From the IMG/VR virus record IMGVR_UViG_3300031578_000005, positions 32,001 through 96,000 of that record: a stretch of 64,000 nt of DNA. One strand, written 5' to 3'. Under the pieces are notes generated by a model, which was given only the letters and a program-made list of their open reading frames with translations, was not told where the DNA came from and did no database searches. The translations under genes and the position numbers were made by a program. This document shows, one piece after another, positions 40,169 through 48,601 of the stretch. This stretch comes from a virus. The number at the start of each line of letters is the position of its first letter. The stretch's first letter is position 1.

Positions 40169-40200
40169 AAAACCCGAATTCAAAAGATTCGGGTTTTTTT
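40169..40200 (+). terminator. attenuator terminator 4
   Basis: AAAACCCGAAT...ATTCGGGTTTTTTT. Confidence 0.88.
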
Positions 40201-40341
40201 GTGATTATAATTTAAATGTGAATTGAAAAATTCACAAAGTTCATTGACATACTGGTTTTTGGTAATCAAATAAAACTACCTGCTCGTGGTGATTACCGCA
40301 CAATTAATTAATATTAATTGACTAAATGTTTTATGTTATAT

Positions 40342-40430
40342 ATCGGAATGCTTGAGTGGTTTAAAAGCGTGGTCTGCAAAACCAATGGTAATCAATGAAT
40401 TACACGTGAGTTCGAATCTCATTTCCGATT
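40342..40430 (+). tRNA. tRNA-Cys(GCA), long variable arm
   Basis: TGGT-ctGCAaa-ACCA; U discriminator. Confidence 0.8.
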
Positions 40431-40475
40431 CAAAGTTAATTTAAGTTTAAACTATTTATGTAAAATGTTATTAAC

Positions 40476-41084
40476 ATGATACCAATATTATATACAAAAA
40501 GAATTAAATCATTAATTAAAGAGGAATTAAATAGGCTTATTGTTGAAGTTTTTGAAGGTGAATTGAATACAAATTATCAAGAACTATCACAAAAATATGA
40601 TACATATAATGTAATTACATATAGGTTTGAAACCAATTCAAAAACCTCATATGATTTGGAATTTATTTTTAATTATGTTTTAGGTAATGAAAAAATGTCT
40701 GATGGTTCAGAACTATATACACACATATTAAACATGAAACGTACTGATTACATGGAAAGTATTGATATTGGATTTACATTAAGTGATAGAATCAATAATT
40801 TTGGTTTAGATTCTATCGAAGCTAATGAATTTACAAAGAATTCAAATAAGAACGAACCAATCGAATTAATGGGTCGTATTAGCTATTTAATTAAAATGTT
40901 TATAAATTCTAATGAGAATATCAATATTTTTATTGTCGGTAAAAATACTGATAGGAGTAAATTAAAAATTTACAGAACAATATTTAAAAATATCTTTAGC
41001 AATAATTTCATCCTTTTAGAAGGTGAGCATCATGGCTATAATGATGGTGCTTTATATTTCATAAAGAAAACAATATTGACTTAA
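40476..41084 (+). CDS. hypothetical protein with LIKEE leader
   Basis: 202 aa; ACTATTTATG upstream. Confidence 0.7.
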   Translation: MIPILYTKRIKSLIKEELNRLIVEVFEGELNTNYQELSQKYDTYNVITYRFETNSKTSYDLEFIFNYVLGNEKMSDGSELYTHILNMKRTDYMESIDIGFTLSDRINNFGLDSIEANEFTKNSNKNEPIELMGRISYLIKMFINSNENINIFIVGKNTDRSKLKIYRTIFKNIFSNNFILLEGEHHGYNDGALYFIKKTILT

Positions 41085-41256
41085 AATATTAAAGTCTGTG
41101 TTTTGCATATATTGCTATAATATGTAGATTATTGCAAAACATAAACAGTTATTAATATGCTAGTGTTGCTTTAATGGTTTCATATTTAAATTTTATTATA
41201 AAAACTCGAAAATTTAATTTCGAATCATTATTTGTGCACAAAAATAAAAACTATTT

Positions 41257-41329
41257 GGACATATAGCTACAATGGTAGAGCGTCATCCTGTTAAGTTGAA
41301 AGGTCTTGGTTCGAATCCAAGTATGTCCT
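41257..41329 (+). tRNA. tRNA-Asn(GTT)
   Basis: ctGTTaa loop; GGTTCGAATCC. Confidence 0.82.
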
Positions 41330-41339
41330 CATTTTAATT

Positions 41340-41413
41340 ATCCGTGTATATCAATTGGTTAGATGAACACCCTGATAAGGTGTGGGTTGGTGGTTCAAGT
41401 CCACCCTCGGATA
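41340..41413 (+). tRNA. tRNA-Ile(GAT)
   Basis: ACACC-ctGATaa-GGTGT. Confidence 0.85.
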
Positions 41414-41428
41414 CAAAATAAAAATAAT

Positions 41429-41502
41429 GCAGGTAACGCATAAATGATGGTGCACCAGTTTACCAAACTGGAATAGAGTCGGTTTGATTCCGATTACCTG
41501 CT
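41429..41502 (+). tRNA. tRNA-Gly with ACC anticodon
   Basis: GCAGGTA/TACCTGC-T acceptor; CCAGT-ttACCaa-ACTGG. Confidence 0.7.
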
Positions 41503-41565
41503 CATTTACAATTAGTTGAAAATACATTTAGAATGTATTAAAATGAGTTTTGGCTCATTAACATT

Positions 41566-41670
41566 TTATCGTTGACGGAGTGGATTAACGTTGATACGAT
41601 ACTAAAGTCTGAGAGTGATAGTACGTTATCAATACTCAAGGACTCATGGGTTCGAATCCTGTACGATAAT
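41566..41670 (+). ncRNA. tRNA-like RNA with greatly extended anticodon arm
   Basis: acceptor TTATCGT/ACGATAA, D arm and GGTTCGAATCC T arm; long central stem. Confidence 0.55.
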
Positions 41671-41676
41671 TATTAC

Positions 41677-41769
41677 GGTAGAGTACTCAAATTGGTAAAG
41701 AGGTTTGTCCTGAAAACAAATAGGTCGTGTGATGAGCATGATGCGTGGGTTCGAACCCCACTTCTACCT
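41677..41769 (+). tRNA. tRNA-Ser(TGA)
   Basis: TTTGT-ccTGAaa-ACAAA; long variable arm. Confidence 0.85.
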
Positions 41770-42034
41770 CAAACAATTTAACCTGCAAGTTATTTTGTTT
41801 CTCATACAATACTATAAACAAGTTGTTATTGCAGTAATGAATTGATGTAAAGTATGTGTAAATTTTGGGTTGCATAAGAGGCTTTATTTTAATGTTCTGT
41901 GGATTGTTGTATTATACCCGTGGTTGGCAACTCGGAAAATAAGAAAACATTTGAGAGACATTATTATACTTGTAAAATGGTATTGAATAAGTGAGTAGGA
42001 GGCTCACCCCAAAATTTTTAATTTATTATTAAAT

Positions 42035-42109
42035 AGAGATGTAGCTGAGTAGGTTTAGCACCAGTTTGAAGGTCTGGGATTAACGTGGGTTCGATTCCCA
42101 CCGTCTCTA
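42035..42109 (+). tRNA. tRNA-Phe(GAA)
   Basis: CCAG(T)-ttGAAgg-(T)CTGG; GGTTCGATTCC. Confidence 0.7.
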
Positions 42110-42224
42110 CACAAGGTCTTATGAATGTTATTAATTAAACATATTATATTGTTACAATTATATATTACATTATTTTTATGAATTATTTAGTATTTATATT
42201 AAATTCGTCTATAAGACATGAATT

Positions 42225-43454
42225 ATGCAATTAGTTGAACAACATATTATCAATCGTAATCATATATTCTATAATGAATGTGATTCGTTATGTTTTAAAA
42301 CTAAAAATCTATATAATTCATGTTTATATGTCATACGTCAGGCATATATCAATGATAAGGTTAATTTATTATATGATTTACACTCATTAATGAAAGATAC
42401 TGAACAGTATAAAGAACTACCCGCTAAAGTGTCTTCCACAGTGTTGTTAATGATTCAAAAGAATTTCAAATCTTATTTCAAATCAAATGCAGAATTTTAT
42501 AAAAATTCATCTAAATTTAAAGATAGACCTAAATTACCCAATTATTTGGATAAAATAAATGGTAGATATTTTGCTTCATATACAAATCAAGCCATATCAA
42601 AAAAAGTGTTTAATAAATCACATAAAATATTATTATCTAAAACCAACATCGAGTTAACAACCAAAATAGTTGATTTTAATATCATCGATTGTGTTAGAAT
42701 TGTACCGAGATTAGACCACTATGTTATTGAAATAGTATATACCATTCCAGATAAACCTAAATTACCTAACAATAATAAATATTTATCTATTGATTTTGGT
42801 GTTAATAATTTAGCAACAATAACGTCAAATGTTAAAGATGTTAAACCTATTATTATTAATGGTAGACCATTAAAATCAATTAATCAATATTATAACAAAA
42901 AACTGGCACACTATAAATCTAAATTAGAATTGATTAATAAAAAGAAACATAGCAATAGGACAAGGAAATTGACTAACAAAAGAAAAAATAAAGTTGATTA
43001 TTATTTACATAAAGCAAGTAAGACAATTGTTAGTTTAACAAAAAACAATAATATTAACACCATAATAATAGGTAAGAACGATAATTGGAAACAAGGTATC
43101 AACATGACAAAGGCTAATAATCAAAACTTTGTTAATATACCACATAGTAGATTTATAGATATGATTATTTATAAATGCGAAATAGAAGGAATCAATGTTA
43201 TACTACAAGAAGAAAGTTACACAAGTAAAGCATCTTTTTTAAACTTAGATAATATACCTATTTATGGTGATAATCAAAAAAAGCATTTCAGTGGTTATCG
43301 TTATAACAGGGGTTTATATAAAATAAGAGGAAGAAAAGAATTTATTAATGCAGATGTGAATGGTAGTTATAACATATTAAGAAAAGCAATCCCAAAAGCA
43401 TTTGCTGATGGGATAGAGGGTATAGGAGTATATCCAATTAAACTTATGATTTAA
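42225..43454 (+). CDS. tnpB: solo TnpB (IS200/IS605, IS1341-like)
   Basis: SIDFGVNN, LHKAS, QEESYTSK, INADVNG; no Zn-finger Cys; no tnpA adjacent. Confidence 0.88.
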   Translation: MQLVEQHIINRNHIFYNECDSLCFKTKNLYNSCLYVIRQAYINDKVNLLYDLHSLMKDTEQYKELPAKVSSTVLLMIQKNFKSYFKSNAEFYKNSSKFKDRPKLPNYLDKINGRYFASYTNQAISKKVFNKSHKILLSKTNIELTTKIVDFNIIDCVRIVPRLDHYVIEIVYTIPDKPKLPNNNKYLSIDFGVNNLATITSNVKDVKPIIINGRPLKSINQYYNKKLAHYKSKLELINKKKHSNRTRKLTNKRKNKVDYYLHKASKTIVSLTKNNNINTIIIGKNDNWKQGINMTKANNQNFVNIPHSRFIDMIIYKCEIEGINVILQEESYTSKASFLNLDNIPIYGDNQKKHFSGYRYNRGLYKIRGRKEFINADVNGSYNILRKAIPKAFADGIEGIGVYPIKLMI

Positions 43455-43530
43455 TGAAAAAATAATATTTTATATTATTTTAAACTCTGAGGGAGTCCTT
43501 TAAAGATATAAATAACCTGTCCCTCTCCAT

Positions 43531-43603
43531 GCAGCATTGGTGTTTAACGATAGCATATGACTCTTCCAAAGTCGAGGTTTCGGTTTGAATCCGAAATGCT
43601 GCT
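43531..43603 (+). tRNA. tRNA-Gly(TCC)
   Basis: GACT-ctTCCaa-AGTC; GCAGCAT/ATGCTGC-T. Confidence 0.8.
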
Positions 43604-43616
43604 CTCTTATTGATAT

Positions 43617-43690
43617 TGTGGTGTAGCATGATTGGTTTATGCATCTGTCTTATACACAGGAGATTAAGGGTTCAAGTCCCTTCACCACAA
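43617..43690 (+). tRNA. tRNA-Ile(TAT)
   Basis: CTGT-ctTATac-ACAG; GGTTCAAGTCC. Confidence 0.75.
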
Positions 43691-43791
43691 CAAAAAGGTT
43701 GGAAATACGAAAATCAAAGCAGTAACTTTGAGAAGTAAATATTATACCTTCTATGAAAAATGAATTTTACTGATGAAATTTAGTAGTAGTT

Positions 43792-43863
43792 GTTTTATTA
43801 GCATAGCGGATAGTGCGTCTTGCGTTGAGCGAGAAGAGCTTGGTTCGAATCCAAGATAAGATC
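43792..43863 (+). tRNA. degenerate tRNA, anticodon uncertain (GTT or TTG)
   Basis: D and T arms present; irregular anticodon loop. Confidence 0.45.
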
Positions 43864-43928
43864 AAAATTCCTCAATGGAAAGTAGATTTGTTTGTTACGA
43901 TATTATAACTATCTTTACAAAAAAAATG

Positions 43929-44826
43929 ATTATGAAAAGAATTATGTTTTTAACATTTATTTTATTATCAACAATAGCATTTTCGGCAACATATTCTTCA
44001 ATCACCTCTGGTGATTGGAATATTGTTGGAACATGGAATAATAGCATACCAGTTGATGCAAATAATAACATTGTAACAATTAGCGCAGGACATACTGTAA
44101 CTGCAACTAATTTAATTTTTAATAACAGATTTACAATTAATATTGAATCTAGTGCTACATTAATAATTTATGCAAATCCTGTTGATGGAGATGCAATAAC
44201 AGTTAAAAATAATTTAACATTAAATATTGCTGATGGTGGATTAATAATTATTAGCGGTAATTTCAAAGTTAACTGTTGATGGAACATTAACAATTGATGG
44301 AGATTTATCTGCGGGAAATGGTTCGGTATTATTAGGAACTGGAAACGTTACTGTTACAGGAACTGTAACCGGGCCATCAGGATTTGTAACTGATTCACAA
44401 TTGCCTGTTGAATTATTATATTTTAACGCATATTATCAAGATGATGCTGTCGTAATTAATTGGGCAACAGCAAGTGAAACTAATAACGATTATTTTGCTA
44501 TTGAATATTCAGCTAATGCTCAAAATTGGTATTTTCTAACAAAAATAAATGGTGCTGGTAATTCTAAAATCAAAATTGATTATACCTATAAGTATAATGC
44601 CAATAATGATAATTATTACAGGCTTACACAGGTTGATTATAACGGCAAATCAGAAATCTTTACATCTGATATTGTGTATGTTAGCACGCATTATCTAAAC
44701 AAAAACATTAACTATGATATCTATGATATTAATGGTAGATATTTAGGAAATAAAGCAATTAAAAATTTACAGCATGGTATATTTTTAATTAAAAACGACA
44801 ATGAATTTAAGAAAATAATTCATTAA
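43929..44826 (+). pseudogene. Bacteroidota-type secreted protein (signal peptide, LPVEL module, T9SS CTD-like tail), frameshifted near 44265
   Basis: SGDWN..GTW; LPVELLYF..WATASETNNDYF..GAGNS; IYDINGR..GIFLIK. Confidence 0.7.
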
Positions 44827-44833
44827 TTGTAAT

Positions 44834-44918
44834 GCCGATGTCGCATAGTTGGTCAATTGCGCCACACTTGTAATGTGGAATCGTAAGAATGTCGTGGGTT
44901 CGAATCCTACCATCGGCT
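44834..44918 (+). tRNA. tRNA-Thr(TGT)
   Basis: CCACA-ctTGTaa-TGTGG; enlarged variable region. Confidence 0.85.
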
Positions 44919-44947
44919 CTCACTTTAACATAATAAATAACTGAAAT

Positions 44948-45349
44948 ATGAGTTTACAATCAAAAATTAGGACTGACATGGTAGCTGCCATGAAATCCAG
45001 AGATACTGAAACATTGTCATTATTAAGAGTTGCTGCTGGAGAATTTGGAAGGAAAATGAATAACGGCATTGAGCTTCCTGATAACCAAGTAATTGCAATT
45101 CTTAGAAAGATGTGTGAAAATGCTGTTGAAATGGGAAATTTTGGTGAAGTTGAGATTCTCAATAGATACATCCCCAAAATGCTTGATAAAGACCAAACAA
45201 AGGATATTATCGTAGATATTGTCAATAAGAATGGTTTTTCTGGAATTAAGGATTTGGGTAAGATCATGAGTGAATTAAAAAAGATATCTATGGCATCACA
45301 AGTTAATGGCAAATTAGCGAGTGATATTGCCAAACAAATTTTGCAATAG
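44948..45349 (+). CDS. GatB/YqeY domain protein
   Basis: IRTDMVAAMKSRD...LLR...E..ILNRYIPK..GKIMSELKK...NGK. Confidence 0.8.
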   Translation: MSLQSKIRTDMVAAMKSRDTETLSLLRVAAGEFGRKMNNGIELPDNQVIAILRKMCENAVEMGNFGEVEILNRYIPKMLDKDQTKDIIVDIVNKNGFSGIKDLGKIMSELKKISMASQVNGKLASDIAKQILQ

Positions 45350-45356
45350 TATTTAT

Positions 45357-45659
45357 AAACAGGAGAGTAAAACCAATTCATCGCTTTAGCGTGGATGGGA
45401 TGTAAGCGACAAACGTAAGTTTAACCCTGATTTACAGTATTTTACAGAAAAATTAAAAAACTTTAAAGTGAAAGCAACTTTTTGTATATTTATACGTATT
45501 TAATAATATATGCTAAAGTCATTTAAATATTAAGAACTTTGCGTTAAGAAATAATGTATCTGGGACGGATACTAAAACTCGGAACGAACTGCCTACATTA
45601 GTAGGAGTGTTGACTTCCGAAGTCCAACCCATCAGTTTTGCTGTGGGTGGGTAGTTCAC
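45357..45659 (+). mobile_element. internally deleted IS200/IS605 element (MITE)
   Basis: tnpB-like start MLKSFKY joined to a tnpB-like end; right end GGGTAGTTCAC. Confidence 0.72.
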
Positions 45660-45695
45660 AAGTAAATAACATTATTAATTATACAAACATGAAAA

Positions 45696-45929
45696 GTGAT
45701 GAGGGTCCTAAGCAGAGAAAAAACAGCAACATTGTTCTTATTTTTAGGAACATTTTTCAACCCTTTGGGTTACGATGCCCTTTTAAAATGGCTAATGGAT
45801 ACGACAGGGAGTTATTGGTTTTCAATTTCTATTTTTTACCTGTTATCTCTATCATGCTTTATCTCATACTTTGCCTTGGCTAAGATAAATCCATTTAAAT
45901 TAATAAAAATTAGAAAAAATAAGAAATAA
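45696..45929 (+). CDS. small membrane protein
   Basis: two hydrophobic helices, FFNPLGYDAL. Confidence 0.6.
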   Translation: MMRVLSREKTATLFLFLGTFFNPLGYDALLKWLMDTTGSYWFSISIFYLLSLSCFISYFALAKINPFKLIKIRKNKK

Positions 45930-45959
45930 TTAGTAATAGTTATTTCTTATTTTTGTAAT

Positions 45960-46109
45960 TTGTCAGTAATAAGACATTAAAACCTCGTTAGGGACTAACG
46001 AGTACACGAGTGGAGTAAAAGTAAGACTTCTAGCTCTTCAGAGCAGTAAGCAAATTGCTGTGAAACTCGAACCCCAATCCATCAGCTTTGCTGTAGGTGG
46101 GTGGTTCAC
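45960..46109 (+). mobile_element. omega-RNA-like right-end element (copy D)
   Basis: near-identical to 20943-21089. Confidence 0.7.
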
Positions 46110-46131
46110 AAAAATTGTTATATGAGAAAAC

Positions 46132-46205
46132 GTTCGGTTAGCATAATTGAATAATGCACGGCATTTCTAACGCTGCGACTACAGGTTTGAATCCTGTACC
46201 GAACA
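46132..46205 (+). tRNA. tRNA-Arg(TCT)
   Basis: ttTCTaa loop; GTTCGGT/ACCGAAC acceptor. Confidence 0.75.
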
Positions 46206-46333
46206 CAATAAAAAATATATGTGTAGATCAATTGGATTAGTGCCTCACGTTCCTAAAGTGAATATTATGAATTCGAATCTCATTAGTTAAAACATGAATA
46301 TACTATTAGCGAGTCCCGTCTCCGTCACTAAAT

Positions 46334-46405
46334 GTTCCCATAGTTTAATTGGAAAAATTTGGATTTCCTAAATCTAAGACTCAGGTTCAACTCCTGATGG
46401 GAGCA
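46334..46405 (+). tRNA. tRNA-Arg(CCT)
   Basis: TGGAT-ttCCTaa-ATCTA. Confidence 0.75.
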
Positions 46406-46436
46406 CAATAAATTTTAACAATTAAAACTTAAAAAG

Positions 46437-46712
46437 ATGAATATAATTAAAATTGAAAATGTAAAACAAATAACGGGGTTTCAAAATCGACTTGAGATCA
46501 AATCTGATTATAAGTATTCTTCAGAAAATTCGATAATGGCTATCTTAAGTGATGATGATATTAATAATGATAATTGCTTAGTTAAATTAAGAGGATATGT
46601 TATCAACATATTATTATTACCAAAAAGATATAAATATACTTTTAATGAAACTAAAACTGGTGAACTAATTGCAATACAATTAAGTAAAAATTGTGTTATT
46701 AGTTATTATTAA
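46437..46712 (+). CDS. hypothetical protein
   Basis: 91 aa ORF between tRNAs. Confidence 0.55.
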   Translation: MNIIKIENVKQITGFQNRLEIKSDYKYSSENSIMAILSDDDINNDNCLVKLRGYVINILLLPKRYKYTFNETKTGELIAIQLSKNCVISYY

Positions 46713-46715
46713 CAT

Positions 46716-46787
46716 GTCCCCATAGTTTAATTGAAAAAATGAAAGTCTTCGAAACTTAGGATATCGGTTTGACTCCGGTTGGGGATA
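46716..46787 (+). tRNA. tRNA-Arg(TCG)
   Basis: AAGT-ctTCGaa-ACTT. Confidence 0.72.
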
Positions 46788-46845
46788 CGAAATATAAACG
46801 TCTCTATGGTGTAATTGAATAGTACAATTTTACGAAAATAAATAT

Positions 46846-46921
46846 GTGCCTGTATCGCACTTCGCTACGAACGAAGAGAAGCGTAATTGGATACATGTGG
46901 GTTCGAGTCCCATCGGGCATT
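46846..46921 (+). tRNA. non-canonical tRNA-Arg(ACG) lacking a normal D arm
   Basis: CTTCG-ctACGaa-CGAAG; GGTTCGAGTCC; TGTATC pairs with GATACA in the variable region. Confidence 0.62.
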
Positions 46922-46993
46922 CAAAAATAATTAATGTTATTTTGTAACAATATCAGATTATTTTCGTAAAATTGTATAAATAAAAATTATATT

Positions 46994-47878
46994 ATGATAT
47001 CAAGAAGAGGTGGTTTAAAAGAACTGGCAATTTTCGATAATTTCGAAATTGATCGTAAGTTGCCAAAATATGCAAAAGATGATGCATCGGGTAAAAAAAG
47101 TAATAGCAATTTTATTAATTTTAATAATACCGGTGACTCAGAATCTGATGAAGGTGGTGTATGGCTGACAACGCAAACTACGAGTGGTAATGTTTCGATG
47201 AAACAACCATTTGGCGGTAACAGTTTTAGAAACAAATTAGTTAATTGGTTATTAAGAAAACCAAAAGTAATTGTGCCTGTTGCTAAAATTGGCGTAATTG
47301 AATTTTTCACCAATTTATCTAAATCATATACGGAATTAACACCAATTGCTGATATTGCTACACATTATAAAAATGCGTTGCTTCAAGCAAATAATATGGG
47401 ACAAACTGCATTGGTTGAAAAGCTCAAGAACCTTATTGATGTAGTGAGAGGTGAAGCACATTTAATTCAAATGAATTTAAGAAAATATGTTACAGAAAAA
47501 CAAGTAATTGATTTTTATGAACTTGTTGGTGAAGATAAGAATTTAAAACTGACATGGATTAAGAATTTTGGTAGAATTATTCCAGATGAGGTTTATGAGA
47601 TCAAAAAAAATGTTGATGAAAGAAATGTTTTTGATAATTACGTTATTCTTCACTATGATCCGGAAAATAATGGTGAAGCTTTAACTAAAGCAGAAATTGA
47701 AAAGAAAAAAGACCCGATATTATTTGGTGTAATAAAAAACAGTAAAAAACTTTATTATGTTGCTGACTGGAAAGATGATTATTGCGAATTAACATTAGAA
47801 GAAATGTTTACAAAACTAGGTGATAAGGTGTTGAAGATTAATAATAAAAACGTTAAAACATTTATTGATAAAGTATGA
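46994..47878 (+). CDS. conserved phage protein (KKKDPILFG...YYVADWKDDYC family)
   Basis: 294 aa; ECF-type promoter at 46943. Confidence 0.75.
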   Translation: MISRRGGLKELAIFDNFEIDRKLPKYAKDDASGKKSNSNFINFNNTGDSESDEGGVWLTTQTTSGNVSMKQPFGGNSFRNKLVNWLLRKPKVIVPVAKIGVIEFFTNLSKSYTELTPIADIATHYKNALLQANNMGQTALVEKLKNLIDVVRGEAHLIQMNLRKYVTEKQVIDFYELVGEDKNLKLTWIKNFGRIIPDEVYEIKKNVDERNVFDNYVILHYDPENNGEALTKAEIEKKKDPILFGVIKNSKKLYYVADWKDDYCELTLEEMFTKLGDKVLKINNKNVKTFIDKV

Positions 47879-48231
47879 ATACAACAGTAACTAAATTAGC
47901 AAATAATATTTCAAAGTTAACGACAGAAGAAATTGATGAATTAAATACCGTGCTTATAAATATGGGAATCGCATCAAATATTTATAAGTATTCAAATGGA
48001 ATTATTAATAATTCTCAATCAACGGCATATAATGTTTATCTCACAAGTGCTGGTGATAAAAAAATACTTATGGTCAAAACGCTTAAAGAATTATTTGGTA
48101 TTGGACTTAGAGAAGCTAAGGATATTATTGATAGTATACCTTGTCTTTTAGCTGAAGATGTTTCAATTGACATTGCTGAAGCATATAAAAATGATATCGA
48201 AAGTATTGGTGGTAAGATTGAAATAAAATAA
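47875..48231 (+). CDS. rplL: ribosomal protein bL12 (L7/L12) homolog
   Basis: VYLTSAGDKKI.MVKTLKELFGIGLREAKDIID..P...GGKIEIK matches the L12 CTD pattern. Confidence 0.8.
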   Translation: MNTTVTKLANNISKLTTEEIDELNTVLINMGIASNIYKYSNGIINNSQSTAYNVYLTSAGDKKILMVKTLKELFGIGLREAKDIIDSIPCLLAEDVSIDIAEAYKNDIESIGGKIEIK

Positions 48232-48237
48232 TATATA

Positions 48238-48582
48238 ATGAAAAAATATTTATTTGTTGGTGAAAAACGCTCAAATACTGCAATTCGAATGAATGTGACA
48301 TGGATAGATAAAAAATTAAGTGCAGGACATTTATCAAAAGCGGTTGAAAATATTGGGATTAATTGGGATGAATGTGCATTCAAAAACGTATTTGAAGACA
48401 ATATCGAGGATATTGCATCTTTTGATGGTATTATTATTGCAATGGGCAGAAAGGTTGAGAAAGAACTTAAAAAATATCAAATTAAACATGAATTTATATT
48501 TCATCCCGCAACGCGTGGCGAAGTTAGAAACATTGAAAAATATAAACAACATGTCAAAGATAGAATAGGGCATATCGTATGA
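48238..48582 (+). CDS. UDG-superfamily-like small protein
   Basis: LFVGE...IIAMGRK...FHPA motifs. Confidence 0.45.
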   Translation: MKKYLFVGEKRSNTAIRMNVTWIDKKLSAGHLSKAVENIGINWDECAFKNVFEDNIEDIASFDGIIIAMGRKVEKELKKYQIKHEFIFHPATRGEVRNIEKYKQHVKDRIGHIV

Positions 48583-48601
48583 CTATTTCACACTCTAATA
48601 T

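Noticed and set aside
17798-40200. T-box riboswitches as the tRNA leader mechanism
   Set aside because: No T-box consensus or stem I seen; open leader ORFs with biased codons explain the layout better.
43488-43529. GAGGGA/TCCCTC-TCCA minihelix as a tRNA
   Set aside because: Too short and lacks arms; could be the tnpB element end or a relic.
46219-46330. Additional tRNA-Arg(CCT); also a half tRNA at ~46800-46840
   Set aside because: Acceptor and T arms do not pair; fragments only.
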